Shown: positions 1-11,049, numbered from the whole stretch's first letter. The stretch is 62,595 bases of DNA, filler included, from Nemertoderma westbladi (GCA_032718475.1; 3 parts of 3 records of this genome joined end to end with filler, not necessarily neighbours in it); one strand, 5' to 3'. Notes: a model not told the origin generated them from the letters alone. A program made the numbers and translations.

Positions 1-3000
1 TGTACCTATTGTTATTTTAACATATTTCCTTTTCATTCTACCGACCAATTTGACTCTGACATTTTTCCTGTAGTTCAAACAATTCCCGACTCTAACATTT
101 TAAATCAAACTTTTTCTCACTTAGATCCTGATACCAATTTAAACAACATAAATGTTGACGGAGGGACATTCAGCGAACTAACTTTTAACAATGAACTAAA
201 CAAATTAAATGATCTCCCATCACTTTCAATATTTCATCTAAATTGTCGAAGCCTTCGGAAAAATTTATCAGATATCACAGACTTCCTATTAACTCTCGTA
301 TGTAAATTTGATGTATTATGTTTTTCAGAAACTTTTTTAACAGATAATATTTCATTGGATAGTATAAAAATATACGGCTATAAAGGTCCTTTCTTGGATT
401 ATCGGAAATATGGGCAATTAGATAGAGGCGGTACGGCAATTTATGTTAATGAAAGTTTAGAAATTACAGAAAGGGATGATTTAAAAATTGATGGCCTTGA
501 AAGTTCTTGGGTAGAGATAAAAAGACCTAAGTCTAAATCGCTAATAATCGCTTCACTCTACAGACCGGAAACTATCAAACGGGATGACTTTCTCTCTCTT
601 ATAGATATTTCACTCTCTAACCTCGCTAATAATAACCTTGATGTAATAATTACTGGAGATACAAATATTGACTTACGTAATCCCAAAGACAACCCGGCTG
701 AATACATAAACACACTCAATTCAAATGGGTTTGTCCAACTTATTAACGAACCGACTCGGGTAACTGCTTTTTCGGAAACCACTATCGACCACATTATAAC
801 CAATATAACAACCTTTGCTACAAAATCAGGTACTTTTAGAGTCAAAATTGGCACTACAGACCACCAACCTATATTTACGCTTTTACAAAACTATGCATGC
901 CTTTTCAATAAACCTAAAAATACAACTATTTTTGACTACTCCAATTTTAACATCAACCACTTTCTTCAGGATATTAATTCACCAAACTCGTGGTCATACA
1001 AAGACACATCCATTGAAAATAAATTAAAATTTGACGCTTTTTATGAGGATCTTGAAAAAATTTGTAAACTCCATGTTCCCAAAAAAATAGTCCCTCCTCG
1101 GAAAATACCAATCAAACCCTGGATGACAGACGCCATTTTGACCAGCTGTCTCAAAAAAAATAAACTCTACCGCAAGTACTTAAAGGACCCATCTGAATCT
1201 AACCGTCTTCTATTTACAACATATAGAAACAAACTAACAACAACACTGCGGGCTGCCGAAAAATCCTACTACACTAATCAATTCCAAATAAACTCTAAAT
1301 CCATTAAAAAAACCTGGGTAATAATTAATTCTGCATTAAACAAATCTAAAAAACTGTCCATCCCAAAACAAATAACTACTCGCTGTGGAGACAAAATAAA
1401 TACTACGAAGGACCCTACTGAAATAGCTAACATACTAAACGAACACTTCGCTACTATTGGACCTAAACTAGATAGTACAATACCGAAGTCTACGCGCTCT
1501 CCGCTGCGCCATATCTCTCGATCTAATATTCGCCCTAATTCATTTTCGCTAATAGAAACAACGCCCGTGGAGGTAGAATACTTACTTCTAAATATTAACT
1601 GCAAATCATCATCCAATGATCCATTCCCCTCCAAACTTCTTCAAATGGCAGCTAAATCTTTATCCATACACATCAGCAATTTAATAAACCTCTCCATCAG
1701 AAGAGGTTTTTTTCCTAATTCCCTTAAAATAGCCAAAGTTATTCCCTCATATAAAACCGAAAACCCTGCAGATCCTAATAATTACCGACCCATTTCTTTA
1801 CTTCCCATACTCTCAAAATTATATGAACAAATTATTAACTCACAATTACTGTCTTATTTCTCACAATACTGCATTTTATCTGATTCGCAATTTGGTTTCC
1901 GGTCAAAAACATCCACTTCACACGCGCTCCTAACAGTAACAGAAAAAATTCATCAGGCATTAGATATTAAAAACACTACTTGCACAATATATATTGACCT
2001 AAAAAAGGCGTTTGACACCATCAACCATAAAATACTATTATCGAAGCTTGAGAGCTATGGCGTACGCGGAACTCCGCTACAACTAATCTCCAGCTTCCTA
2101 TCAAATCGATTTCAGTTCGTCTCTGTAGATTCTAATTACTCCTCTCTTCTACCCTTATTATGTGGTCTACCACAGGGTGGCACTCTGTCACCATTTCTCT
2201 TTCTAATCTACATAAACGACTTACCTAACGCTACAACTCTACTAACTACCTTGTTTGCTGATGACACTACTCTCAGCCAATCAGCTCCAGACATAACCAA
2301 CTTAGCCAACATCACTAACTCAGAATTATCGAAAGTAGCTGATTGGCTGATTGATAATCGTCTATCACTAAACCTAAACAAAACTGAAATGACTATATTC
2401 TCTAACACCTTAAACAATCTTTCTGATTTTCCTTCGATACTAATTAGCAACCAAATAATTAAAATAACAAATAGTTATAAATTCCTAGGCATATACGTCG
2501 ATAGTAAGCTCAGCTGGAAACCTCACATTAACTATGTAATAAAGAAAGTCTCTAAATCTGCTGGTATTTTCTATAAGCTACGCTATATCTTCCCACTTCA
2601 TATACTTCGCCAGCTTTACTTCACACTAATTCACCCCTATCTAACCTATGGTAGTATTCTATGGGGCAGTGCTCAAAGTACCCTCATCAATCCACTCTGC
2701 ATAAAATTCAATAAAATAGTCCGTTGTATAACCTTTAATCCCTATAGATCCTCTGCTGCTCCAATCTACAAATCATTAAATATTCTTCCTCTAGACAGTC
2801 TATATAAACTGCAAGTAGGGCGTTTTATGTACGAAGTGAATTCTAATCGATCTCCTGCCCCGATTCTAGAATTATTCACAAAATCTGCTTCTATTCATAG
2901 CTATTCTACCCGATCGGCAGCCCGAGGTGACTACTATATTCAAACTGTAAGGCTCTCTTCATCTCAACGCTCTTTGAGCTTCCAGGGCCCTCAAATTTGG

Positions 3001-3087
3001 AATATCATTCCTTCGGACATTAGGTCTTCAAAAACAAAAACAATCTTTTCTAAAAAATTAAAACAATATCTGTTAGCCTCTATCTGA
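1..3087 (+). CDS. LINE ORF2 (APE endonuclease + reverse transcriptase), uninterrupted, 5'-partial
   Basis: The frame is open from base 1, upstream of the track's start at 355. Motifs in order: CTYC..IFPF (likely PHD-finger tail), SIFHLNCRSL, SETFL, GGTAIY, YRP, GDTN, EPTR..TTIDH, NYRPISLL, QFGFR, DLKKAFDT, GLPQGGTLSPFLF, FADD, FLGI. Confidence 0.93.
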   Translation, partial: CTYCYFNIFPFHSTDQFDSDIFPVVQTIPDSNILNQTFSHLDPDTNLNNINVDGGTFSELTFNNELNKLNDLPSLSIFHLNCRSLRKNLSDITDFLLTLVCKFDVLCFSETFLTDNISLDSIKIYGYKGPFLDYRKYGQLDRGGTAIYVNESLEITERDDLKIDGLESSWVEIKRPKSKSLIIASLYRPETIKRDDFLSLIDISLSNLANNNLDVIITGDTNIDLRNPKDNPAEYINTLNSNGFVQLINEPTRVTAFSETTIDHIITNITTFATKSGTFRVKIGTTDHQPIFTLLQNYACLFNKPKNTTIFDYSNFNINHFLQDINSPNSWSYKDTSIENKLKFDAFYEDLEKICKLHVPKKIVPPRKIPIKPWMTDAILTSCLKKNKLYRKYLKDPSESNRLLFTTYRNKLTTTLRAAEKSYYTNQFQINSKSIKKTWVIINSALNKSKKLSIPKQITTRCGDKINTTKDPTEIANILNEHFATIGPKLDSTIPKSTRSPLRHISRSNIRPNSFSLIETTPVEVEYLLLNINCKSSSNDPFPSKLLQMAAKSLSIHISNLINLSIRRGFFPNSLKIAKVIPSYKTENPADPNNYRPISLLPILSKLYEQIINSQLLSYFSQYCILSDSQFGFRSKTSTSHALLTVTEKIHQALDIKNTTCTIYIDLKKAFDTINHKILLSKLESYGVRGTPLQLISSFLSNRFQFVSVDSNYSSLLPLLCGLPQGGTLSPFLFLIYINDLPNATTLLTTLFADDTTLSQSAPDITNLANITNSELSKVADWLIDNRLSLNLNKTEMTIFSNTLNNLSDFPSILISNQIIKITNSYKFLGIYVDSKLSWKPHINYVIKKVSKSAGIFYKLRYIFPLHILRQLYFTLIHPYLTYGSILWGSAQSTLINPLCIKFNKIVRCITFNPYRSSAAPIYKSLNILPLDSLYKLQVGRFMYEVNSNRSPAPILELFTKSASIHSYSTRSAARGDYYIQTVRLSSSQRSLSFQGPQIWNIIPSDIRSSKTKTIFSKKLKQYLLASI

Positions 3088-3546
3088 TTAACTCTATTTT
3101 ATTTTTATTTGTTTTTTTTTGAATTTTTTTTCCCTTATGAAATGCAATTATAATCCACAAAATTTTAAAATTTATCAATTTTATATGTGTTAGTTTGCCT
3201 GCGTTGGTGCATGGACCTGACCCGTCGTGTGTTATCGATTGCTTGTGTGATGAGAATAAAAAACGTCAGCAAGTTCTAAATTGGTAAAATTCTGAATCTA
3301 GTATAAACTGAACCCTCACCCCCCCCCCCCCCCCCCCCAAGTTACTCTCCCCCACCCCACAACACCCCCACACTCCACTATTTCCAGCATCTGGATACTA
3401 GCACTACTAGCTATGCTATTGCTATAGTATCCAGTGCAATGTTTTTTTCAATGTTAGTTATATCATTTACTTTATGTATGTGCTTTGTACATATTTTATG
3501 GAAGTAATGGAAAGGAAATTAAAAATAAATTGAAAATTGAAATTGA
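1..3546 (+). mobile_element. CR1/L2-group (Crack/Daphne-like) LINE, 3' part with UTR and (AAATTG)n tail
   Basis: Contains an APE+RT ORF, then an approximately 450-nt 3' UTR ending in AATAAATTGAAAATTGAAATTGA (about 3525-3546). The 5' part lies outside the window. Confidence 0.85.
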
Positions 3547-5279
3547 TGCACGAGCGACGACTGGTCGGGACCTACGGGACGCCGTCGTTGGACAACGCGA
3601 TCCACGAGCATCTTCAGTACGTTGTGAAGGGAGACGAGGCGACATTTGGTATACTGAAGTATCCGAGGGAGAGGGAACCACCGAGGAAGGAGTGGAGGAG
3701 ATGTGTAGATTCCGTGGAGAGGGGCGGATACATGGTCCTAGACGACGAAGGGACTGTGGAGGATGACGAGGGCTCGAGAAGGGGGTTGGCAGGATCGGCT
3801 AGAACTATATTGCTGCATTTGGCAGCGCCGAACGGAGATATCTTTCTATTCGACCTGGGGACCTATGGGAAGAAGAGCGGGCCGAAGTTAAACCGGTTGC
3901 TGAGGGCGGTGCAGGACCTAGTGAGACAGAAAACTACGATCAAGGTGGGATCGGCGATCTGCGATGACGCGGATAAGATCATTGGACCGGACACCTCCAA
4001 TCTCCTGGACATGCAGGTAGTCTATATGGCTATGACGAGACCAGAGGGATTGGGATTGGTGGAGAACACGGGACATTGCGGAGCCGTGGCGATGGGCCAA
4101 CTGATGGGACTCATCTGCCACAAGCCAATGGACTGGAACAAGTTCCGGACTCGGACTCGGGGTTCGGAACTTGCGAACTCGCTGAAGTGGGGAGCGAGGC
4201 CAGGAAAGCAGGAAGTGTATCAGTTCCGGAGGGGAGCGATAAAGATATATCAGAAGAGATATATCTTACAGGAGGATTGGATAATGATAGGTTTATTAAA
4301 CCTATTCATTACAGTGATCTTCGGGAGGGAGCCGACGGCGTTTCTACTATCAGGAGCACCTCTGAATCACAGGAGAGCCTTTAAGGTGGCCTTCAAAGGT
4401 CTTGTAGACCACCCGGGGATGAAGGGCGAGTCAGTATTTTTCGATACCCGACACCTTCTGGACAGAGATGTAGACACACCGTACAAGCGATGGAGGAAAC
4501 TGGAGGCGGATAGGGTTGAGGAAAGGAGACTAGAGGAGGTCGCCAGGAGAAAGAGAAGGGAGGCAGCGGACAGAGAAGCGGATATAAGGGGAGAGGATGA
4601 GTTCGAAGCCCAACTCTTGGAAGAGAAGTGGGGATCAGAGACCTCAGACGAGTTTTGGCTGGAAGACGAACTGGGTTGGATGGAAGAAACGCCAAGACAG
4701 TCAACATCGGGGTTGCAAGGAATGCCCGTACCAGTGGGCTCTGAGGGCGACATTGGGAGGAAGAGACCGAGGGAGGTAGAAGGGTGGAAGGCTATGGGCG
4801 GATACCAGGGTGGAAAGGGACACATTGGATCAACTGTGCTACCGGGTTCGGATCCGCTCCCGGCAGGGGAGGAAGAAGACGAGTTCGGGGCAATGCCGCT
4901 GATAGAGAGGATTGCGGCCCCAGCAGGGGAAGAGGAGGAGGACGAGTTCGGGGCGATGCCACTGATAGTGAGGATCGGCCACTCAGATACGGACTGGGTG
5001 GATGGGAGGGTGGTGACGGCCAGCGGGGCGAGAGCCTTCTGGGAGAAACCCGGTAAGCGGACCTGGGAGCATGGGGAGCCGGCAATGGACTTTGCGGCGA
5101 GTACGATCAGGTTGGGCGAGCAACCGGGAACAGCACCACGGGTAGTGTTTGGAGAAACAATGCCGAGGGTGGAGGTGGACATCGACTTGGGTAGGGAGGA
5201 CAGCGTCCAGATGACCAGCGGCTCCATAGACCCAGGAGGCCACGCGGAGCCAAGGACGACTTGGGGCGGGACACAATAG
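3547..5279 (+). CDS. DEDDy (RNase D/WRN/EXD-like) 3'-5' exonuclease-domain protein with acidic low-complexity C-terminus; 5' end probably cut by the LINE insertion
   Basis: ExoI-like VLDDEG, then LLHLAAPNGDIFLFDL, ExoII-like IKVGSAICDD, LLDMQ and ExoIII-like QKRYILQED. The first codons of the tracked ORF (3537-3546) are LINE tail. Confidence 0.7.
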
Positions 5280-5758
5280 TACACGGTTGCGATTACTGTG
5301 GGAGACTAACCCATCAGCAAAAGAACTGTCTATACCGTTTCCAGAAGGGGATGGCGTGTCTCTACTGTCGCGAGTCAAGCCATAAGATGGGTGCGTGTCC
5401 GAGGTTGCACAACAGATGTTCAAATTGCAAGTTTAGAGGGCACTTTGAGCGCCAGTGCGACTGGATGGACGATGATGAGGAGAAGTTCCGAATCTTCGAG
5501 GAGTGGGCCGATGTCGGAGTCATGACACAACAAAGGATGAAGGCCCAGGAGTTCTGGTGGGGCTTCTTTAACATTAATGTGGAAGCCCACCAAGAGATCA
5601 CCAAGAGGATACTACCATTCACGTATCAGGAGGTAGCGACAGCGGCATCGTACGGAGGGGTCATCAACACCCAAAGATACCTAGACAGATGGTCACCAGA
5701 AAATATGATCGAATTCAGGGACTTTCTGGGGGGCACGTGCCGCGGGCGATGGAGATGA
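5195..5758 (+). CDS. Triple CCHC zinc-knuckle protein, overlapping the exonuclease ORF in the -1 frame
   Basis: Three CX2CX4HX4C motifs: CDYCGRLTHQQKNC, CLYCRESSHKMGAC, CSNCKFRGHFERQC. The frame is open from 5195 (after TAG at 5192-5194), with no ATG before the first knuckle. Confidence 0.75.
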   Translation, partial: GGQRPDDQRLHRPRRPRGAKDDLGRDTIVHGCDYCGRLTHQQKNCLYRFQKGMACLYCRESSHKMGACPRLHNRCSNCKFRGHFERQCDWMDDDEEKFRIFEEWADVGVMTQQRMKAQEFWWGFFNINVEAHQEITKRILPFTYQEVATAASYGGVINTQRYLDRWSPENMIEFRDFLGGTCRGRWR

Positions 5759-6652
5759 TCTTGTGGGACGCTACTAGAGGGAGGCAGGAGGGACATTCAG
5801 TGGGACCACCTGCGAAGCGATACCGGGAGTTGATAACACCTGCGCCCAAAGAACCAACAACGGGGCTTGGCAAGACGGTATCGGCGACGATGAGTAGCCT
5901 CAAGGATAAATAGGAAGGAAGGAAGCGGCCCAGGCAAGATGACGATAGGGGCAAGAAACTCAGATGGTTCCCGAAGACGGGAGGAGCAAACTAGAATTCA
6001 GGAACAGGGGTATGGGTGTGCCTGGAAGGCACCACATGAACGGGACAGTACAAACTCCTAAGTGCAATTAATTAAGTGCAATTAGTATGTACGTACGTAA
6101 AATTAATTAACTAATACCCAATATAATCAATGTATGTACTATAGTAAAAATATACCCTTTTCCAAGTAGCTACTAGGATCGGGGACCAATTGACTGGAAC
6201 AGGAGGACGAGACATTAGACGGATCTCACAGACATGGTGCGTGACAATAAAAGGGGTTGAGTACGGGGAATGGGGGAAGCATGGGGAGAAGGTGTTAGAG
6301 TTGAGGAGGTGAAAGAAGTGCGAGATTCAAGTGTGGGGGGGGGGGGAGCATAGAGGAGGATGAATCCCAAGGGACTGGTGAAAGAGGAAGGGACAACAAA
6401 GTCCAAGAAGAAAAATTGTGTGAGGAGTGAGGGCAATTATCTAAAACAGAGACGCCAGATGCCTTGGTACAACATAGCTAGCAGATGTACCAAGGATGGG
6501 TAGTGATAACAGACCCATGGGGGCCGGCCTGGAAAGCCGACCCCGAGAAGAAAATTCCACCCCACGTCCAATATTAGATTGGATTCCAGCGGAATTGAAG
6601 CGCACTTAAGGTTGATGCTATCTTCTCACCTGGAAGATAGCATAGGGGGGAG

Positions 6653-7309
6653 TGTAAGCACATTCAATTTCGTTCATTACCCACCAAAAATGGGACTAGT
6701 GGCATTTTACCAATATAGTTGGCGATGTGAGATTACCAATAATAATCTCACCTCATAACCAACTGGGGCGACACACGCCGTAAGCCACAGAGAGAGGTGA
6801 GAGGTCAAACTTCCTCAGAGGGACAAACAAGCTAGTAAGGCTAGCACCAAGGGATAACGCCAACAGGGAGTGGCGAGGTGAGAATTAATCAGGTTAAGCC
6901 AATAGTGGGCAGGAAAGCACATTGGGGAGGACAAGAGCGCATCTATTGGATATTAAGGCCGCCCAGTAGTGTAGGGTGTAGAGTGTAATATGTGTCAATG
7001 ATATAACCGTTATGATTACTGATTATTAGTTAGTTGATACTGTAGTTAGATTAGTTAGTTCCTTACAGTTGTGAGACCGGAATAGCTTTAACCGTCGTCG
7101 TTACTGTTTGTATTGCATATTATTATATTCAGACTGTGCTATTATCAATTGCTGTGATTATTAATACTGACAATTTAACTCTGTCTTTTCAACGGCCTTC
7201 GGCCTAACATATATCCAGCGTTGGCCCAGCAGCCCACGGACGCGACGACGCGTACAATCCACACCGGTCGGAATCCACCACTGTCAACTCCAGTGGATTC
7301 CGCCACACA
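6653..7309 (+). mobile_element. Probable 3' LTR of an LTR retrotransposon, preceded by a polypurine tract
   Basis: PPT-like AGGGGGGAG (6644-6652) is directly followed by TGTAAG. The candidate end is ...CCACACA (7309), before an abrupt shift to AT-rich DNA. An alternative end is CTTACA at 7067. No second LTR is in the window. Confidence 0.55.
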
Positions 7310-8350
7310 TCATTTTTTAGCTGAAGCATTAATAGTGCAAATTAATTTAATTATATTTTAATACCATTACTACATTGGCATAAGATAAGTTTTAACATTT
7401 CTTACAAATATTATAAAACTCAATTAGTGGTGCGAGCATAAAACTCAAATCACGCAAATTTAAAAGAACCGGGTGTGTTGTCATAATATCTATCTCCATA
7501 GGTTATTCTGCTTGACTGGGTCTTGGTGCGCGGCTTTGCTTTTGGGACGGGGTGCTGATTGAAAGGGGGGTTGAAGGGGGGAACTGTCCCCCCTTTTCAC
7601 TTTGACTGATTTGCGGTTTTGTTAAATTTCTTGGATATAGTTGTTGTGATGCTAAAATTTAATTTGTCTTTGATAATGTATTATTTTGTTTCATATTGTT
7701 TAGACCTTCAATTTTCATAATATTAGTTGAGTTTTTGTTTATACATTTGCTCTATAATATATTATATAATTTGTATTTATTCAAAAAATTTAATGAAACT
7801 GTTATCACTATTATTATCTTACTAGAACTACTGACACTAATGTGGAACAGCTAGGATATTTGCGCTTTGTTTGAGTTTTAGTACTGTAACTATAGCTACC
7901 CCTTTCTATTGTTAGTTTTGTTCTATAATGCAGCATTGGTTGATTGCCTTAGCAGCCGGTGTTGAAATATTCTTATGGAAATGGAGTCTGCATTTATAAT
8001 ATAGGGTGGTTCTAGGGTGGGTTCAGAGTCATCACTCGCTCGGTGTCCTGGTTGTGCATCATGGGCATTTTTTCATAAATATTCGGTAATCTTATATCTT
8101 GTAATCGTACTTGATAATGAAATTATTTGCTTCATATTATATTTTTGTTAGTGGTAGCAAAGTTTAATTCGTTATTATGTGGGACGATCCTCAAAGTCAG
8201 CTAGCCTCACGCCTTACAGTTTAGACAATTGTTTAGTTTAGGCCTACTTACTAGGCCTACAGCTGACTGACATAGTTCATTTGTAATAGTCTTGGCTAGG
8301 ATTCTTCCCCCAGGCTCTTTCCAGCCAGCTTGCTGGCATTCTAGTTATCA

Positions 8351-9103
8351 AATTACACCATGACCCGTAATATAGTGTAATTTTCTGATGACACGGACCC
8401 CCCCCCCCCCCCCCCCCAAAGTTTTCTACACATCTCTATCATATTGCCTAGTTCAACTCACCGTGGTTGTTACCATGAAGCCGGAATTTTCGATTTCGCC
8501 TTTAATTTTTTTTTATAAGCGTTTTAAAAAAGTGTCTTTTGCGAAACTGCACATCTCCTATCATCACCAGTCTTCACAATAACCTCGCTTTATAGATATT
8601 ATTAAAAAGCTTGCGTTCCAAGTATTCCAAATATGTAACAATATCTGAATTTCGTTGTGAAACAGCTGAGATATACTGTAGGCGTTCAAAGATTGCAAGA
8701 ATTATTGTTTGCTGCAAGCCATTTATTCTATTTAATAAATACACAAAATTCTAGAACGTGTTATTTATTTTATGAGTTGGTAGGCAACAGCGGTATGCCT
8801 ATACAATATCTATATTGCGTAGCTAATCATACATAAACAAATTGTTCCAGAATATGGTGTATTTATTGAATGAAATATATGGCCTGCAGCGAACGATAAT
8901 TCTTGCAATCTTTGAACGCCTATATCGCAGTTGTTTCTCAACGAAATTCAAACATTGTTACATATTTGGAATACTTGGAACGCAAGCTTTTTAATATTAT
9001 CTATAAAGCGAGGTTAATGTGAAGAATGGCGATGATAGGAGATGTGCAGTTTCGCAAAAGTGTCATCAGAAAATGACACTATATTACGGGTCATGGTTTA
9101 ATT
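8351..9103. mobile_element. Fold-back MITE of about 750 bp
   Basis: The terminal CCATGACCCGTAATATAGTG..TTTTCTGATGACAC is mirrored at 9060-9103, and there are long internal inverted arms (about 8536-8720 vs 8880-9060). Confidence 0.8.
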
Positions 9104-9445
9104 AATAAGGGAAATAGAAAATCACTTTATTAATATTACATACAGTATATTATGTACTGTATGTGTCCATTACATATTTATATTTCCTGCTAATTGGTGT
9201 ATTCTATTTCATATGTGCCGAAATCGAATTACGTTTGAAACACTTGAAAGTTCTGTTATTATAATTGCAGAGCAATAATTTGAGGCCGTCCAACTTATAC
9301 TTATTGAAATAATCCCCGGGATACGTTCAGACACTCTACATATACATAAGGTAGTTTCACTATATTACATCCATAAATTAGTTGATTAAATTATTAAATT
9401 ATGCTAATTACAAATAAATTAAATTACCAGACCAGAATAAATTAG

Positions 9446-10504
9446 TTAGATCAGGAAGCCGTTTTGTTTGGGGTCGGATTCTTCGACGAGGAATTGGGCC
9501 TCGCCGCTGTAATAGGATTTACCGGTAACCGCTACCCTAATTACCGGGTAGAAACCCTCGCGCTCTGGCTGCTGCTGCTTATAAAGACCCTTGTCGCTAG
9601 GCGACGACGTATCAACAATCTCCGCGACGCGCCCCGTAAACTCTAAGTCGCTCTTGACGGAACGGAATATCTCTGTTTCCCCGACGGGCAGTAGCCCCTT
9701 AGCGTGTCTGACCGCAACCTGGGCTGTGCACCCTGAACCACAGGGACTGCGGTCCAGCTGTCCCTCTGCAAACACAGTGACATCCTGCACATCACTACCC
9801 CCCGAGTCTGTAAGTACAACCCCGTAAAGGAATTCCATACTAGGCACAGCGTGTTTCAACTCAACAGACCTCTCAAGAGCGCGTTTTATTTTCATCCCCA
9901 GATCGCAGATCACTTGACAACTCGCCGTATTCAAGTTGATATTTAACTTTTCGCTTTTCACAACTGCGAAAAAATTCCCTCCGAATCCAATATCGTATTC
10001 AACGCTGCCGATAGAATCGACTAGGATTGTTTGATTCATGGAGAACGCGTAAGCTGGAACGCTCAGGAACGTAGACTTATTGTCCGGGCTCACTGTAACA
10101 GGGACGACCCCACACGGACACTCTATGGTGACCACGGTGTCGCTCCCGTTGCTGTGGTTACCGGTGGGGACTATGCCTGAGTCTTTGGCGTATCGCGCCA
10201 ATCCCATAACAACGTGGCCGCACATGGTCGCGTACCCCTGCGTGTCGCAGAACACCGCGCCGACGCTGGCCACACGGGAAGGGACCAGGATGACCCCGAA
10301 CATGTCCTTGTGTCCTCTGGGTTCCTGCATCAGTCTCGTGCGGAGGTTGTCGCAGTGTCGCAATGCGTAGGCCCGTCGCTCCAACGCCGTGTCTCCCAGC
10401 AGCTCCGGGTATCCCGAGACGACCATACGGATCGGCTCACCCGCCGTGTGCATCTCGATCGTTTTAATGACGCGGGAATTCTTGAGCCAAGTTAGGGAAG
10501 ACAT
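9446..10504 (-). CDS. L3HYPDH-like: Proline racemase family enzyme (L3HYPDH/trans-3-hydroxyproline dehydratase homolog) with Cys/Cys catalytic pair
   Basis: Motifs MHTAGEPIR, LMQEPRGHKDMFG, TMCGH, DIGFGGNFFA, FLYGVVLTD, DRSPCGSG and C-terminal DP..GF. Single-exon ORF of 352 aa. Confidence 0.9.
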   Translation of the reverse strand: MSSLTWLKNSRVIKTIEMHTAGEPIRMVVSGYPELLGDTALERRAYALRHCDNLRTRLMQEPRGHKDMFGVILVPSRVASVGAVFCDTQGYATMCGHVVMGLARYAKDSGIVPTGNHSNGSDTVVTIECPCGVVPVTVSPDNKSTFLSVPAYAFSMNQTILVDSIGSVEYDIGFGGNFFAVVKSEKLNINLNTASCQVICDLGMKIKRALERSVELKHAVPSMEFLYGVVLTDSGGSDVQDVTVFAEGQLDRSPCGSGCTAQVAVRHAKGLLPVGETEIFRSVKSDLEFTGRVAEIVDTSSPSDKGLYKQQQPEREGFYPVIRVAVTGKSYYSGEAQFLVEESDPKQNGFLI

Positions 10505-11049
10505 TGGCCGATTAGCTACAGCAGAACTCTATGCAAATTCTAATTGAATTGAAATGAACTTTGACTTATTAAGAACTCCCACTCCCCTTATTATTATTTA
10601 GTACGTACAGTACCCTACATTAATGTTTACTGAATGGCTTTAGGCCTACGTAAATTGAAACTGAAACAAACGCAACGAATCCGTGAGGTAAAGAACGGAA
10701 CTAACCTAAAACTGATGTTATTTAATTAGCGAACGATTTGTTTACTGTATGTGCACTAATTATCTTAATATTATTGTATCTGGATACTGGATACGTGCAC
10801 TTTTCTATAATTACTATATGCACAGTATATAATTTAATGTTTTCCTTCGATTTTATTGCAAGATGCACAAATATTATACTGTACTGTAATACAATAATTA
10901 TTTATTGTGAGTTACGAATCATAAAACATTATGAAAACTTAAACTGGAAGTACTGTAATACCACGACAACACATCACAGTTCCTCCCGAGTTCTACCACA
11001 GAAATCTTATTAATGCAATTATTCATATTTTATTAATGCAATTCTTCAT

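Noticed and set aside
4367-5284. 305-aa Ser/Pro-rich minus-strand ORF
   Set aside because: It is the antisense shadow of the purine-rich exonuclease ORF, with no motifs of its own.
9446-10504. Bacterial contamination or recent horizontal transfer of the racemase
   Set aside because: The gene is embedded in host repeats, its neighbours are equally intronless, and its motifs (MHTAGEP, FLYG..LTD, VFAEGQLDRSP) resemble the animal L3HYPDH type. A phylogeny would be needed to claim transfer.
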